DNA from: Vitrella brassicaformis CCMP3155
Taxonomy: Eukaryota; Protista; Chromerida
DNA: 64,000 nucleotides
Reading direction: 5' to 3'
Assembly (NCBI GenBank): GCA_001179505.1
Contig: CDMY01000285.1
Coordinates: 62,001-126,000 of the forward strand
In this document: one piece after another, positions 26,241 through 38,882 of the stretch
Layout of the letters: each line of letters opens with the position of its first letter
Numbering within the stretch: the first letter of the stretch is position 1
Position numbers and translations under genes: made by a program
Notes under the pieces: generated by a model
What the model was told of the DNA's origin: nothing
What the model saw: the letters and a program-made list of their open reading frames with translations, nothing else
Database searches by the model: none

Positions 26241-28838
26241 AGCGCAATTCTCTCTCGGCGTCACTCTCTCCGTGTCACGTGTCACGTAGGCTGAATTTCG
26301 CCCAGCTCTCCAAGGCCATTCTCTGCCTCAGTCAGCTGCACGCTCTGAGCATCCGGCACCTGGCCGCTTTCCTCAATGAGGTGTTTGTGCGCCTGCCGAA
26401 CCCGCCGGCACGGCTGAAGGGCAGGGGCCAGCGGCGCAGCGAGGACGTCCGGTTCGGTGACCTTGTCAACGTCCTGTACGCTGCCGCAATGGGCGGCCGG
26501 AGGGCAGGTGAGCGGGCTGAAAAGAGGAGGGCGCAGCGCGAATGTCGGTCGGTCGTTGTTGTTGTGATGGGCATGGTTGTCTATCTATCAGCTCGTCTGG
26601 AGAATCTGCCTGCTGCGGTGTTGTCGCGGGCCGGAGACTACCTCAATCAGCCCCTCGTCCTGTCAGAGGTGAGGGACCCACGCCACACGATAGACTGACG
26701 ACCTGACGACTCTGTCATCTGCCCGGTCGTCGCCCTCCTCTCCTTGTGCAGACTGTCCACCGTCTGGCGTGGTCCATCTGCGCTCTCCAGCTCTACACAG
26801 CCACGCCCTACGTGGTCTCCATCAAGCAGCAGATAGGCAGCGGCCAAGACCACGACCTCCACCACTTCGACAATGAGTCCCACACAGAGGAAGGCGAGAG
26901 CGAGGGCAGCAGCGCGGCGCCAGAACGAGAGGAGTCGTCGGCGGCAGAGAGGCCCAAGCACGATACTGCCTTGGCGTGCAAGGTGCTGGACGATGCGCTG
27001 ATCTACCTGGCGAAGCTGGGACCGAACAGGACCAAGGAAGAACTTCTCATGATGCAAGTACGTGTGCACGTGGGCAAGGAGGGAGGGAGGGGAGGGATGA
27101 AGAGCTTGTCTGTCCGTCTGTCTGTCTGTCTGTCTGTCAGGACATCACCGCAGCATATCTCGAGGAGGTGTCGGTGCCAGGAGCCGCAACCAACTTCAAG
27201 GCAAGAAGGCTCACGGATCCATCACCCATACCCACCCACCCAGAGCACATGCATCCCGTTGTTGTGTGCAGTTCCCGAAGCGGAGGGACCCCGACAACCC
27301 CGAGCGCACGCCCGTCTGGTGGCGCAACATCGGCGAGTCGCACGACGTGGAGGAGCGGATCTTCATCAACTCGAAGCTGCTGCAGAACATCAAGCTCGAG
27401 CTGGAGAACAGGGGTCACGCTCTCATGGTCAAGATACCCGTCGGCAAGAAGGCAGAGCCCGCGAAAAGGACAACTGAAGAGGAGACACAGGATGGGCAAG
27501 AGGGGGATGGTGGCGTGGATGTCGCGACGCAGCGAGAGGCGGGCGACGAGCAGAAGCCGCCAGCAGGAAGGCCTGACTTGCCGGATGTGACAAGGGACAT
27601 CCGAGGGACCGAAGACAGGCCTGTGTGGTTCCACTCAGTCAGCCTGGGTGAGTGAATGAGTGAATGAGTGAGTGGCTGAGGGAAAAGAGGGGCAAGACAC
27701 ACACGCCGTCGCTTGTTTGTCAGGCTTCCACCAGGTGGCGCTGTACAGCCCGGCACTCAAGACGGCCATCGACATTGAGAGCATCAAATGCCCTGGTAGG
27801 CCGGTACACTGTTTATTCCAATACACACACATAGACACATGCTCTGTCGGCGTCTCCCCCNNNNNNNNNNNNNNNNNNNNNNNNNNNNNNNNNNNNNNNN
27901 NNNNNNNNNNNNNNNNNNNNNNNNNNNNNNNNNNNNNNNNNNNNNNNNNNNNNNNNNNNNNNNNNNNNNNNNNNNNNNNNNNNNNNNNNNNNNNNNNNNN
28001 NNNNNNNNNNNNNNNNNNNNNNNNNNNNNNNNNNNNNNNNNNNNNNNNNNNNNNNNNNNNNNNNNNNNNNNNNNNNNNNNNNNNNNNNNNNNNNNNNNNN
28101 NNNNNNNNNNNNNNNNNNNNNNNNNNNNNNNNNNNNNNNNNNNNNNNNNNNNNNNNNNNNCCCTCCCAACCATTGCAGTGAGTCGCGTGCTGAGGTCCCG
28201 ATTGCTGATGAGGAAATACGGCGAGCAAGGTGAGGTCTCGTCAACTGGTCGTGTGTCTGTGTCCTGAGGCCCTTCCTGCGTGCCATGTATTCTCTCGATT
28301 CTTTTTGACTAGGGCTGCGGTACATTGTGGTGGACGCCAACATGTGGAACAACCCCGGATTCTTCTCGCGAGGAGGGGGGGATCACCAAGGTACGCACAA
28401 ACGCCCACGCACACGCACGCACCTCCCGTCCCCACCCGTCCCTCTGTGGCTGTCTGTGGCTGTCATCAATCAGATCTGATGGACCGGCTGCTTGAAACAA
28501 GTTCGTTTGCTCTGACCCCCACACAAGTGGTGTCGCTGGTCCAACAGCAGCGGGCGAGAGCTGCGCAGCGGCGAATGGCCAACTGGCGAATGCGCCAGGG
28601 AGGAGGGGGGGCCGGCAGTTACAACCGGCGGGGCGTCCGCGGAGGGGAAGGGGGAGGGGGAGGGGGCGGCTACAGGATGCAGCAAGAGAGGGGCGGCTAT
28701 CGTGGGCGCACCACGGGCCAGCAGAGAGGGGTCTACGGGCAGCAGCAGGGAGCAGGGAATCGACCGCTGCGCAGAGGAGTTGGTGTTGGGGGCGGATACA
28801 GGGGGCAGCAGCAGAGAGGAAGGGCAGAGAGGTACTGA
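25183..28838 (+). CDS. Organelle-targeted (probably mitochondrial) helical-repeat protein with probable C-terminal RAP domain and RGG-rich tail; one intron contains a gap
   Basis: N-terminus MSRLRCRMSVLPPFLQHSRGLFRSFATAAAAA is basic, lacks acidic residues and looks like a mitochondrial presequence. Helical repeats (LTAVVERVF, LAELAGALTKF, LVNVLYAAA). RAP-like VALYSPALKTAIDIES..SRVLRSRLL..GYIVVDANMW. The C-terminus is Gly/Arg/Gln-rich. Confidence 0.72.
27861..28160. other. Assembly gap (300 N) flanked by C runs, inside the RAP-like gene
   Basis: Directly visible. Confidence 0.99.
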
Positions 28839-28860
28839 GCTACTTGCTTCGACTGGCTGA

Positions 28861-29129
28861 GTGACCGGTAAACGTGGCTGCCTGTCTGTCTCGAGGACGC
28901 GATACATGAGACGATGTGTCGATTGGCTATGCGATAGATAAACGGACTACGTGTGTCTCGGTCGGTCATGCAACCATTTATTGCCTTCGCAGCGCAAGAC
29001 ACACACACACACTCACATAGACGAACACACACACGTCGCCCATCGGCCGATCACTCACTCAGTCACTCAGTCACTGACGGGCAAAAAGATCACACACACA
29101 CCACTCAAAGAGTATCTCACGGCGCACCA
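28861..29129 (+). repeat. Diverged direct repeat, copy A (~265 bp); copy B at 31540-31805
   Basis: Shared collinear blocks GTGACCGG, CTGTCTGTCTCGA, TTGGCTATGCGA, GATAAACGGACTACGTGTGTCTCGGTCGGTCAT, CACGTCGCCCATCGGCCGA, ACGGGCAAAAAGA, CACACCACTCAAAGAGT, CACGGCGCACCA. Confidence 0.92.
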
Positions 29130-29220
29130 CCCGACATCGGGAAGGATGGCCAACTGCAAGGCAGACGTTCCGTGGTGGGAGAACCAGCTGCACACCGCGA
29201 GAACCGACCTTTCCAACCAG

Positions 29221-29283
29221 AACCAGTTCTCTGCAGTGCAGAACCACTTCTCTGCAGTGGAGCACCAGTTCTCTGCAGTGGAG
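29221..29283 (+). repeat. 21-bp minisatellite x3 (a/cACCAg/cTTCTCTGCAGTGc/gAG)
   Basis: Units start at 29221, 29242 and 29263. Confidence 0.9.
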
Positions 29284-29438
29284 CACCCGTCAATGCCACA
29301 CTTGCCAAAGACACTCGCCACGCTCCTGCACCCACAGGGGGCGAGACCAAAACATCCCCATCTGCAGTGCCGTGCAGTGAAGGAGGCGGATAGGAATGGA
29401 TCCTCTCTTCCTCCTGTCCTACTAGTACATTTGGAGTA

Positions 29439-30085
29439 CGTGTACTATTATTTCTGCAGCTGCAGAGAGAAAACAGAGAGCTTTCGGAGAGCTCCCGAGC
29501 GGAGACCGGCAAGCAACCAAGTAGCGTTGCACCTCAGTCCTTCGTCACTGTCCTCCAGGCCGCAGATCTTTGTGTGGCGAGCAGCCCAGCCGTCTTCCGC
29601 GACAGACAACAAGGTGCGTGGGCAGGCCCAGAGAGGAGGAAGGCCGTCGTGGGGATGGAAGGGCCCTCATTCCCTCTCTGTGTGTGTCCAGTGCTGCAGG
29701 TGGTCAAGAAGTGCTCTGTCGGCCACTTCGCTTTGGTCAGGGAGCTCCTCACGGATGGCCACGCGTCGAGAAGCAGCACCTGAGGAGCACCAGGAGGGCG
29801 GTGCGGGGCCCCTCAAGGACGGCGAGAAATTGGAACAACAGGACCAGGGCGGCAATGAGGCTGACGGTCAGCACCGAGCAGACAGCACGAGAGGAACACT
29901 CACTCATTCTGTGTGTCGATGTGTGTGTGTGTGCAGGTGAGCAGCAGCATGAGAGGGAGGGCAGTGGGATGGCCAGCAAGATTGAGGAGGAGGCGGAGAG
30001 TGACGAGGAGGACGACGAGGACGACTCTTGCGGCTGCCATGGCTGCCACACACACACACAGATAACACACAATAGGAGCACATGA
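29439..30085 (+). pseudogene. Truncated, inverted paralog of the 5' part (upstream region, 5'UTR intron, exons 1-2) of the ankyrin-family gene at 38883-41105
   Basis: 29439-30010 is a near-identical reverse complement of ~40790-41430, and the ORF-track translations match (MATRREAAPEEHQEGGAGPLKDGE..QGGNEADG). ATG at 29755, intron 29867-29936. It degenerates into (CA)n after the acidic exon and has no ankyrin domain. Confidence 0.8.
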
Positions 30086-30656
30086 CACGGAGGGCAACGG
30101 TGGCGGCTCTTTGACTCACTCAGGGTAGATGGTGCGTGTCTGCCCTCCGTTGTTTGGCCACTGCCTTCGTTCGTTTGTTAACAGACAGCCAAGTAGACCA
30201 ATTGAAGAGAGGGGCGTCAGGCAGGCTGAATATTAAGTAGCTCATCGGCGGGCCACCAGGCCAGCCGCCATCGACTGACTGATCAGAGAGATAGGGGCAG
30301 GTAGACAGACAGACGGACAGACAGATGGACGCGTGGATGAATGCAATGCGTGAGCGAAGGGACGGCAGGGAGATGTACACATACATATGTGGGCCTGGCT
30401 ATTGACTGACTAATCCCTGGGCAGCACACCCTCTCCCTACTGACGTTTTGATCCGTACCTGCACAATTAATGCATACGTATGCCTGTAGAAACCGGGGAG
30501 AGATGCGTGCACATGCACCTTACTAACCGACCAACTGACTGAGTAGACGACAGACTGACTGAGTAGCGAAACGAGCTGACGCACGGCCGCACAACTGTAG
30601 GACTCATGACAGGAGACGACTCGATGACCTCACGACACCACCACCATCCCCCCCCC

Positions 30657-30956
30657 NNNNNNNNNNNNNNNNNNNNNNNNNNNNNNNNNNNNNNNNNNNN
30701 NNNNNNNNNNNNNNNNNNNNNNNNNNNNNNNNNNNNNNNNNNNNNNNNNNNNNNNNNNNNNNNNNNNNNNNNNNNNNNNNNNNNNNNNNNNNNNNNNNNN
30801 NNNNNNNNNNNNNNNNNNNNNNNNNNNNNNNNNNNNNNNNNNNNNNNNNNNNNNNNNNNNNNNNNNNNNNNNNNNNNNNNNNNNNNNNNNNNNNNNNNNN
30901 NNNNNNNNNNNNNNNNNNNNNNNNNNNNNNNNNNNNNNNNNNNNNNNNNNNNNNNN
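30657..30956. other. Assembly gap (300 N) flanked by poly-C
   Basis: Directly visible. Confidence 0.99.
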
Positions 30957-31539
30957 CCCCCCATCTTTTTTTTCTGCGAGAGAGCTGCCGAGGAGGGACG
31001 GTAGACAACATATATATGCGCACCCCTGATAGTTTATAGTAACCCGCAGTTTGACTGACTGATTGAGTGATTGGTTTTGCTAGCTAGACTGCCGGACCTG
31101 TACATATTCTTGATGCCACGCGCGAACGAGAAGATAGGAAGAGCGCTGCAATCCTAGCTACGCGATGAACAAACAAACGATGTGTACGACGAACCGCATA
31201 ATGAATGTCTCAAACGTCCAACCACGCACACCACCACCAGAGGAGAGGAAGGAGGAGAGGCAGACAGAGAAGGACACTTACCTACACACACAACGCGAAC
31301 AGCAAGCGCGAGACAGACACGTACACGCACCCCCACAGCATATGCCTGGCACACCACCTCGATCCCCCGGCCCAGGGGAAGTATACAAGCCGGGCGGCCC
31401 TCATTAAGACAACGGTCCTCATGTGGGGCCGAGTGAGTCAGCGATTGAGCAGCGAGGCGGACAGATTTAGGTGAAGGGCTCTGAATGGCGTCACGATAGC
31501 TGTGACGCAGCCAGAAGGGCGGAGGGAGTGAGATGTCAC

Positions 31540-31805
31540 GTGACCGGCTCTGTGTATGTGGCTGTCTGTCTCGATGAAGAGGTAGAAGAGACGTTGTGGC
31601 GGTTGGCTATGCGATGATAGATAAACGGACTACGTGTGTCTCGGTCGGTCATACAACCACGCACTCACTGCCTCCGCAGCGCATACACACACACACGTCG
31701 CCCATCGGCCGACCACTCACTCACTCACTCAGTTACTGAGTTACGGGCAAAAAGAAGACACACACACCACTCAAAGAGTCTCTCTCACACACACACGGCG
31801 CACCA
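31540..31805 (+). repeat. Diverged direct repeat, copy B of 28861-29129
   Basis: Same collinear blocks as copy A, with indels. Confidence 0.92.
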
Positions 31806-31931
31806 TGCGCCTCCGCCTCCTAGATACTATGATTGATATTTACAGACCACCACCTCAGTACGCCATACATATCACGAGGGTCCATCAATCGCTCAGGCCG
31901 CCCCGCCCCGCCCCCGGCCGGCCTCTCGCCG

Positions 31932-34900
31932 TCAGCTCAATCCCAAGTCCTCCTCCTACACACACCACCAAGCACACACATCGAGCAGATGAATTCATCG
32001 GCTGCCGTCCTTGCCCTCCAGATGCTCACGTGCAGTTCATCGGGTATGTGTATGTTGACCTCTCCCACCACATCTCTGTCGCCCTCCGGCTCGTCGACCT
32101 GCTCCTCAGGGTGGCTGTGGTGGTTGCTGGGCTGTGGGGGTGGAGGGGGCGCCATGACCTGGCCCTCGGGCAGCACAGTCATGGTGGTGGGCGAGGAGGC
32201 GACATTGACGGGCGTGTGTGCGGGGGAGGGCGGCAGGGAGACGCCCATGGGGGTGTTCAATAAAGTGGCTGCAGAAAGGAGGAAGGAGGAAGGAGGGAGG
32301 AGGAAGGAGGCGACAGCCGTGGGTGGGTGGGTCCATTGATTGACACTCATCTATCCCCTGTCTGTCACTCACCTTTGAAGGCATGCAGGTAGTCTGACCG
32401 CCGGATGACCAGCAGACGGGCGCCATCGTCTGACAAAAGACAGGCAGACAGACAGGCCAGCCAAATGGTGTCTGTCTGTCTGTGTGTCTGTGTGTCTGTG
32501 TGTCGGTGCATACCGACGGTAACCGCAGTGAAGTCGGGCACGAAAGTGACCTCCCACCCGCTGAGCTCAACGCTCTTGTCAGCCGACACCTGGATCACCT
32601 TATTCGAGGCCTTGAGAGCCGTCACGGCCCGCTGCATCGGCGGACTCGCCGGCACGGTGCCATGCTGCTGCTGCTGCTGGTCCTTCCGGAACCCGCCGAA
32701 CAGCCGCATCCTCGCCCTGTCCTTGTCGGGCATGGCAGCCGGCATGGGCGGCGACAGGCTGGCGTCGGTGTGTGGGTGTGGCGTGTGTGGCGTGTGTAGG
32801 GATATCTGGGGGTCGGAGATGTTGGACCGGTGGCCGGATGGGTCGAATGGGGGGTGGGAGGGCGAGGAGGGGGGCGGCTGAGGCACCACGGAGGAGGAGG
32901 AGGCCGCGGTGGTGTCGGTCACCAGCTGGGGGGGCTTCAGGGCCTGAGCAGGCGAGATGGACGACGGTTGTGTGTGTGCGTCGATGTGTTGTGCTTCCTG
33001 TCTGTCTGTCTGTCTGTCTGTCTCGGTCACGTACCCTCATGCCGAGTGTGCACCATGGCCCCAAGACACACTCGAAAGCATCGCGGCCAACCTGCACCTT
33101 CACCTTGCCCTGACCACAAACACACACACACACACACGCACTGTCTCCGTGCGTTGGCCATCCCTCCCTCCCTCCCTCGCTGCCTCCCCGACTCTCACCG
33201 ACCTGTAGGATGAGGTAAGCCGTGTCGCTCTTCTCGCCCTTTTGGTAGAGCACCGTCCCCTTGGGGGGCTTGATGACCAGCAGCTTCTTGACCAGCTGGT
33301 CCAACACGTGACCATGGATGTACCCGGCGGTCGCAGAGAAGGGCAGCTGGGTCGCCGACAGGAAGGAGGCAACGGCAAGGGCCTCCGGCTCGCTCAGAGG
33401 CTGGATGCCCCGCTTCCTGTCGCAAGGGAGCGTGTGTGTATGCCTGTGCCTGTGCCTGTGAGATTGTGTCTATGTGTGGGGGCGGGTGTGTGTGTGTGTG
33501 TGTGTGTTGTACCTGTCGAAGAGTTTGAGCCTTCCGACCAGCATCATCGAGTATCTGTCCATCTCGCCGCCACTCACAGGCGCACTGATTGAAGGAGCCA
33601 CACACACACATGTCAGACACACACACACACATACACATACAAACATTCACTGCCTGTGTCTGTGTCATGTGTGTGTCTGTGTGGGTGTGTACCCTGCCGC
33701 GTGCTGCTGGACGAATTTGTAAGCGGCGAGAGAGCTGCTGGAGAGCGACCGCCGCTTGAGGCCCTTGTCGATGGGCAACGCCACATGCTGCCCGCCGCCC
33801 TTGTGTGTGGAGTCGAGCGACTCCGTGGACCCCCCCTTGTGAATGCCACCGCCACCCTCGCTTTCTTTGTCGTCTTCCACCTCGGCGTCATGCTCGTCCT
33901 TTATCTCGTCCTGGGTGGGCGCACAGCACAAAGGCAGACATACACATGAAGGGAGGGGGACGAGAGAGGGTCCCTCCCTGTCTGTCCGTGTTGAAGAGTG
34001 AGGTCGGCAGATAAGGTACCTGTATGATCTCCTCGATGATGTCCTCGAGGGTGATGATGCCGACGTGCACCCAGTAGGGGTCGCCATCGGTCTCGGTCAC
34101 CACCTCACGCACCACTGCCAAATGAGTCTTGCCTGACACGCGCCCAGCCGCACACACACACACACCGCTCCCTCTGCCCGTGTGTCTGTGTGTGGATCGG
34201 TGGGCGGCACACACCTTTTTTGAAGTCTGTGAGGAGGTTGAGCAGGGAAGTGTCGCTGTCGACGGCATAGATCTCCCTCCCGAATAGGTGTATAACGTTG
34301 ACGATGGGCACCTCGCTGGCAGGGTCGATGATGGCCATGTCCTTGACCAGCAGCAGACCCACGATGCAGCACGGCTTGGTGCGGTCAAACACGGGAATGC
34401 GCGAAAAACCTTCCAGCCATTGCATTGCCACACAGAAATGAGGAATGCTCTATATTCGTGTGTCTGTCGACAGTACCTGATTCGAGAATGGCCGATGCCA
34501 AGTCGAAGTTGAGTGTGTCGTTGACGTCCACCCCAAAGACGCGGTCGATGGGCGTCATGGCCTCCTTGACACTGCGGCCAGAAAAGTCCAAAGCGCCCTC
34601 GAGAATCTGCGCCTCGTTGCTCGTTATCACATGGGCCTGCAACACACACACATCCATCCATCCACGTGCTTCTCATTCCCACCGACACAGGCATGCCCTC
34701 ACACACAGACACACACCTGTTTCTCATGGTGAGCGAGCAGCGCCTTGAGCTGCTTCCTGTTGAGCACCGAGCCCATCTCCTCTCCCAGGATCCAGTCCAG
34801 CAACAAGGCAATGGGCTTGGCTATGGGGTACATCAGAAACACGAAGATCCACACGATCCACACCGTGTAGGCGCCCACGGCCAGCCCGTATCGCGAGCAG

Positions 34901-35259
34901 GCCGCCTGGGGCGCTATCTCGCCGAACAGCACGATGACCGTGGTCGACAGCACCAGGCCCAGGATGAAGCCCTGCTCCGCCATCAGGATGGACAGACACG
35001 AGTTGACGGCCACATTGCCGAGCAGCAGAGTGCAGAGGAGGAGGTTGCCATCCCGGCGGACGGGCAGGATCCGCCGGGCGTACCACGCCTGCCGCTTGGC
35101 GTTGAGGTCAGCTTTGTCCTGCTTGCCGACGTCGATGAGTATCTGCAGCTGCACCTTGTCGAGCGACATGAGGCCGAGAGTGAGGCCCGAGAAGAGCGCC
35201 GAGAAGCATGACAGGACGCAGATCAGGAAGATGTCCACGCCAGCGTTCAGAATCGCCAT
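31932..35259 (-). CDS. CNNM: CNNM/CorC-family metal transporter (DUF21 transmembrane domain, CBS pair, cNMP-binding-like domain)
   Basis: MAILNAGVDIFLICVLSCFSALFSGLTLGLMSLDKVQLQIL..ARRILPVRRDGNLLLCTLLLGNVAVN..VLFGEIAPQA; AQILEGALDFSGRSVKEAMTPI; FSRIPVF; THLAVV..GIITLEDIIEEII; GTVLYQKGEKSD. The position of the 3' end is approximate. Confidence 0.93.
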
Positions 35260-35514
35260 GCACCGATGGGATCAGATCGACTGACCAATGATCCTCCGCG
35301 CTTCACGACGATAGATCAGATGACCCGCAGCAGACAGCAGGGCAACACGGAAACGCCTGCGACTTCTTCTTTCGCTTTCGCGAGCTCAAGCTCGCCAATC
35401 CGCCTCCGATCGGGCGAGAAAACCAAAGGAACTGAGCAATGGAGACCATGGGCAGGTAGCCGACCAACGTCCCTGTCAAGATCTGCTGAAAAGTCGGCTG
35501 ATTGGGCCTTCGTC

Positions 35515-38500
35515 ATGGCCTCATACCGTCGCTCGTCCAAGGCGTCTGACGGCAGACCAGCAGCAAGTGACAGCGACCCCAAGTCCGTCATGATGGAGGA
35601 GAAGACGCCGGCTGCAGCCAGATCACCGCAACACGGCACGAAGGGGCCGTCGTCGGTGTCATCATCGATATCTGCGGTGCTGGGAGGCGATGTGGGCAAC
35701 ATCGCGCTGCTGCTGGTGCTGTACACGCTGCAGGGGATCCCTATGGGACTGTCGGCGAGCATTCCCTTCCTGCTGCAGGACAGGGTCAGCTACAAGCAGC
35801 AGGCGCTCTTCTCGTGCGTGTCGCTGCCATTCAGGTACACACACACACACAGGGAGGTAGGGAGGGGCAGATCCATAGGTGCGCGTGTGTTGGTCCTTCC
35901 ATGTGTCATGTGTCAGCTTGAAGCTTCTGTGGGCGCCTATCGTTGACTCGATGTACTGGAAGCAGATGGGCAGGAGGAAGTCATGGCTCATCCCTGTCCA
36001 GGTGGGGTGGGTGGGCGTCAAAGGAAAGAAAGGAATGCGCCACACCACAACCAGCAGACACACACACACACACGCACACACACACACACACGCACAGGCG
36101 CCCTCCTCTGTCTGTCTGTCTGTCTGTTTGTCTGTTTGTTCGTTTGTCTGCGGGGTCGGTGCATCCAGTTGGGCTGTGGTCTGCTGATGGTGTGGGGCAG
36201 CTATGCGGGCCGCATCGACCACTGGCTGGGGTCGCCCGAGGAAAAGCCCGACGTGCTGACACTCACCGTCTACTTCGTCGCCCTCTACTTCCTCATGTCC
36301 ACACAGGACATCGCAGTCGACGGCTGGGCCCTGACGATCCTCTCCAAGAGAAATAAGGGGTACCTGATGCCCGCTCGCCATGTTTGTTGTGACTATTGGT
36401 GCGTGTCTGTATGTGTGTGTGGTGCCTGGCATCAGATATGCCTCGACGTGCAACACCATCGGCCAGACGGCCGGCTACTTCATCGCACACGTGGCATTTC
36501 TCGCACTCAACGACCCAGGTAGGTCCACAGTCAACAGAGCCAGCACAAACAGACAGAAGGGCAACAGCCGCCGTGTTGTAATGTCCAATGCACCGCAGCC
36601 ACGTGTAATACCTTCTTTCGGTCGACCCCTCTCCCCCACGGCCTGGTCACCCTCGCGAGCTTCCTGCACTTCTGGGGGCTGGTCTTCCTGGCAACCACCA
36701 CCTTCATATGGGCCTTCAAGCGCGAGAAGCCTCCCGGAGCCACCACCACCAGCCGCAAGGTCGAGCCAACCACGGCGCAGTTCGTCATGTCCGTCGAGGA
36801 GACCACCACACGCAGCACCGCCACAGCCATGGGCGCCAGTCCCAGCACCGGCACCAACCGTGGTGCGGGGCCGTCCTCTCAGTTCACTGGGGCGGCAACC
36901 ACCAGTGCAGCCGACAGGCCGCCCTACCCCCCTCCCAACTTCACGCCTTCCCCTGAGCCATCCCCAGCACCGTCACCCGACCCTTCTCCTGAGTCGAGGC
37001 GGGGCTCTCTGGCAGACGATCGGAAACACTCGCTCATGACGCAGACGGACGGAGACGGCGTTGAGTGGGAGGGAGAGGGCGGTGGTGGTGGGGGCGGTGG
37101 GGGGAGTGGCGGTGGCGGGGCGGTGGGTGGAGACTGGGATGAGATTGACGGCGAGAACCCTGGGAGTGTGGCTGAGACGTATGGCCACCTGTGGAAGGTC
37201 ATGTGGCTGGGGCCGGTGCAGACGGTGGTGCTGGTCCTCATGACATGCAGGCTGCCGTTTGCCGTCACAGACAGCTCCACACACCTTAAGGTGCGTGGCG
37301 GGGATATGTGGGTGGCGAGACAACAACAGGACACTCGGATTAATGGTGTGTTGTGTTTGGCCAGCTGGTTGAGTACGGCATGTCCAAGGAGGAGCTGGCC
37401 TTCCTGGCGCCACTCCTCATTCCATCGGGCATACTCACACCCATGGCCGTCAGGAAACACACACGAAACGCCGCATCCAATCCAATGGTGGCCATGGTGT
37501 CTTTGTCTTGTGTTGTCTTGTCTTGTGCTGTGTCGTGGTTCAGCTGGGTCGGTACACCGCCGGCGCCCGACCCATGAACATCTTCCTCCGCGGAATGCCT
37601 TTCCGGCTCATCATCGGTGCCCTTTTCGCTGGTACGACACACAGCACACTAAGAGAACGACCACATCAATCCAATGAGTAAGTGTGTGTGTGTATGTGTG
37701 TGCTGTCATGTCGTTTCAGTGTTCCTACCGCTGACGCGTGCTGTGTATGCGACTAAGACGGCCGGCAGCCCCCCCTATGTGTTCTACGTCTTCATCCTGC
37801 TCGTCGGCGTCCTTTACGACGCCGCTTCTAACTGCATGTTCGTCGCACAGGTACCAAATGACATGGGCATATGGGCACACACAGCACAGCACAGACAAGG
37901 CGGCCGGACCAGTGTGTATGCGTCTCTCTGTGTGCCGTGTTCTCTGTGTGTGTGTGTGTGTGTAGATGGCATTCTTCGCCAAGATCAGCGATCCTTCAAT
38001 CGGCGGGACCTACATGACCTTCCTCAACACCATCGCCAACCTCGGCGGAAAGGTGCACCAACACACACATCCGACATCGGGCCATCGGCAACACTTGGAC
38101 CTCTCTCTGTGTGTGCGCTGTGTGTATCTCATGACCTTCAGTGGACGACCACGTTGAGTCTGTGGCTGATGGACCCCCTCACCATCCGCCGCTGCCCCGA
38201 CGACCAGCCCCTACCCATCCCCCTCCCCATCGCAGACGACAGCACGTCACCAGACGCCCAGCAGTGCCCGGTGCTGCTGGACGGCTACACGGTCCAGCTG
38301 GCCATCTGCTTTGTCATCGGCGTCTTGTGGATGTGGGCGCTGGGGAGCAAGGTCAAGCGCCTACAGGAGTTGCCCGAAGAGGCGTGGCACATACCCAAGA
38401 CCACCACCACAACCACCGGCACAGCAGCTCAGGAGAAGGATGGGGTGGTCAGGGAGGGAGATGTTGGGCGTGGTGGGGTCATGAACGGGACGAGTGGGGA

Positions 38501-38519
38501 CACTTACAGGGGAAGATGA
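35515..38519 (+). CDS. SLC33A1: Acetyl-CoA transporter 1 (AT-1/SLC33A1, MFS)
   Basis: NIALLLVLYTLQGIPMGLSASIPFLLQ..SLPF/SLKLLWAPIVDS..GRRKSWLIPVQ; FLMSTQDIAVDGWALTILS; YASTCNTIGQTAGYF; FFAKISDPSIGGTYMTFLNTIANLGG; LDGYTVQLAICFVIG. Confidence 0.94.
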
Positions 38520-38882
38520 GATGAGATGAGATGAGGGGTTGCGGTGGTTGATCGCTGTCTGTCTGTCACACTGCGAATGTGGGTGAGCTGGCAGTCTAAT
38601 TAATTAAGCTATTGGATGACTGGATGGATGACGGGAGGACAGATCACTGTGATCTGCGCGTGCGCTTGTGCGTGAGAGAGAAAGGGACATACAATGTTTG
38701 CCCAATGAAGATCGCTCTGTTGGTTGATGGATCAATCAAGATGCGTGTCTTTCGATCAGTAAGTAGCATGTGTGTATGTCTGCCGGTCACTCTCATCATC
38801 GGCACATCTCATTAACAGTCACGTCCCTCAGCCCCTCTCGCCGCGTCTCAGCTGCAGTGACGAGGTGATTCACCAAAATCTG

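Noticed and set aside
21576-29283. Short direct repeats (28-bp x2 at 21576; 21-bp x3 at 29221) as CRISPR-like arrays
   Set aside because: The units are adjacent without unique spacers, there are no cas genes, and the context is eukaryotic
31165-31407. 80-aa ORF within the repeat-bracketed segment
   Set aside because: Low complexity, with no recognisable domain or splice support; no transposase or reverse transcriptase similarity
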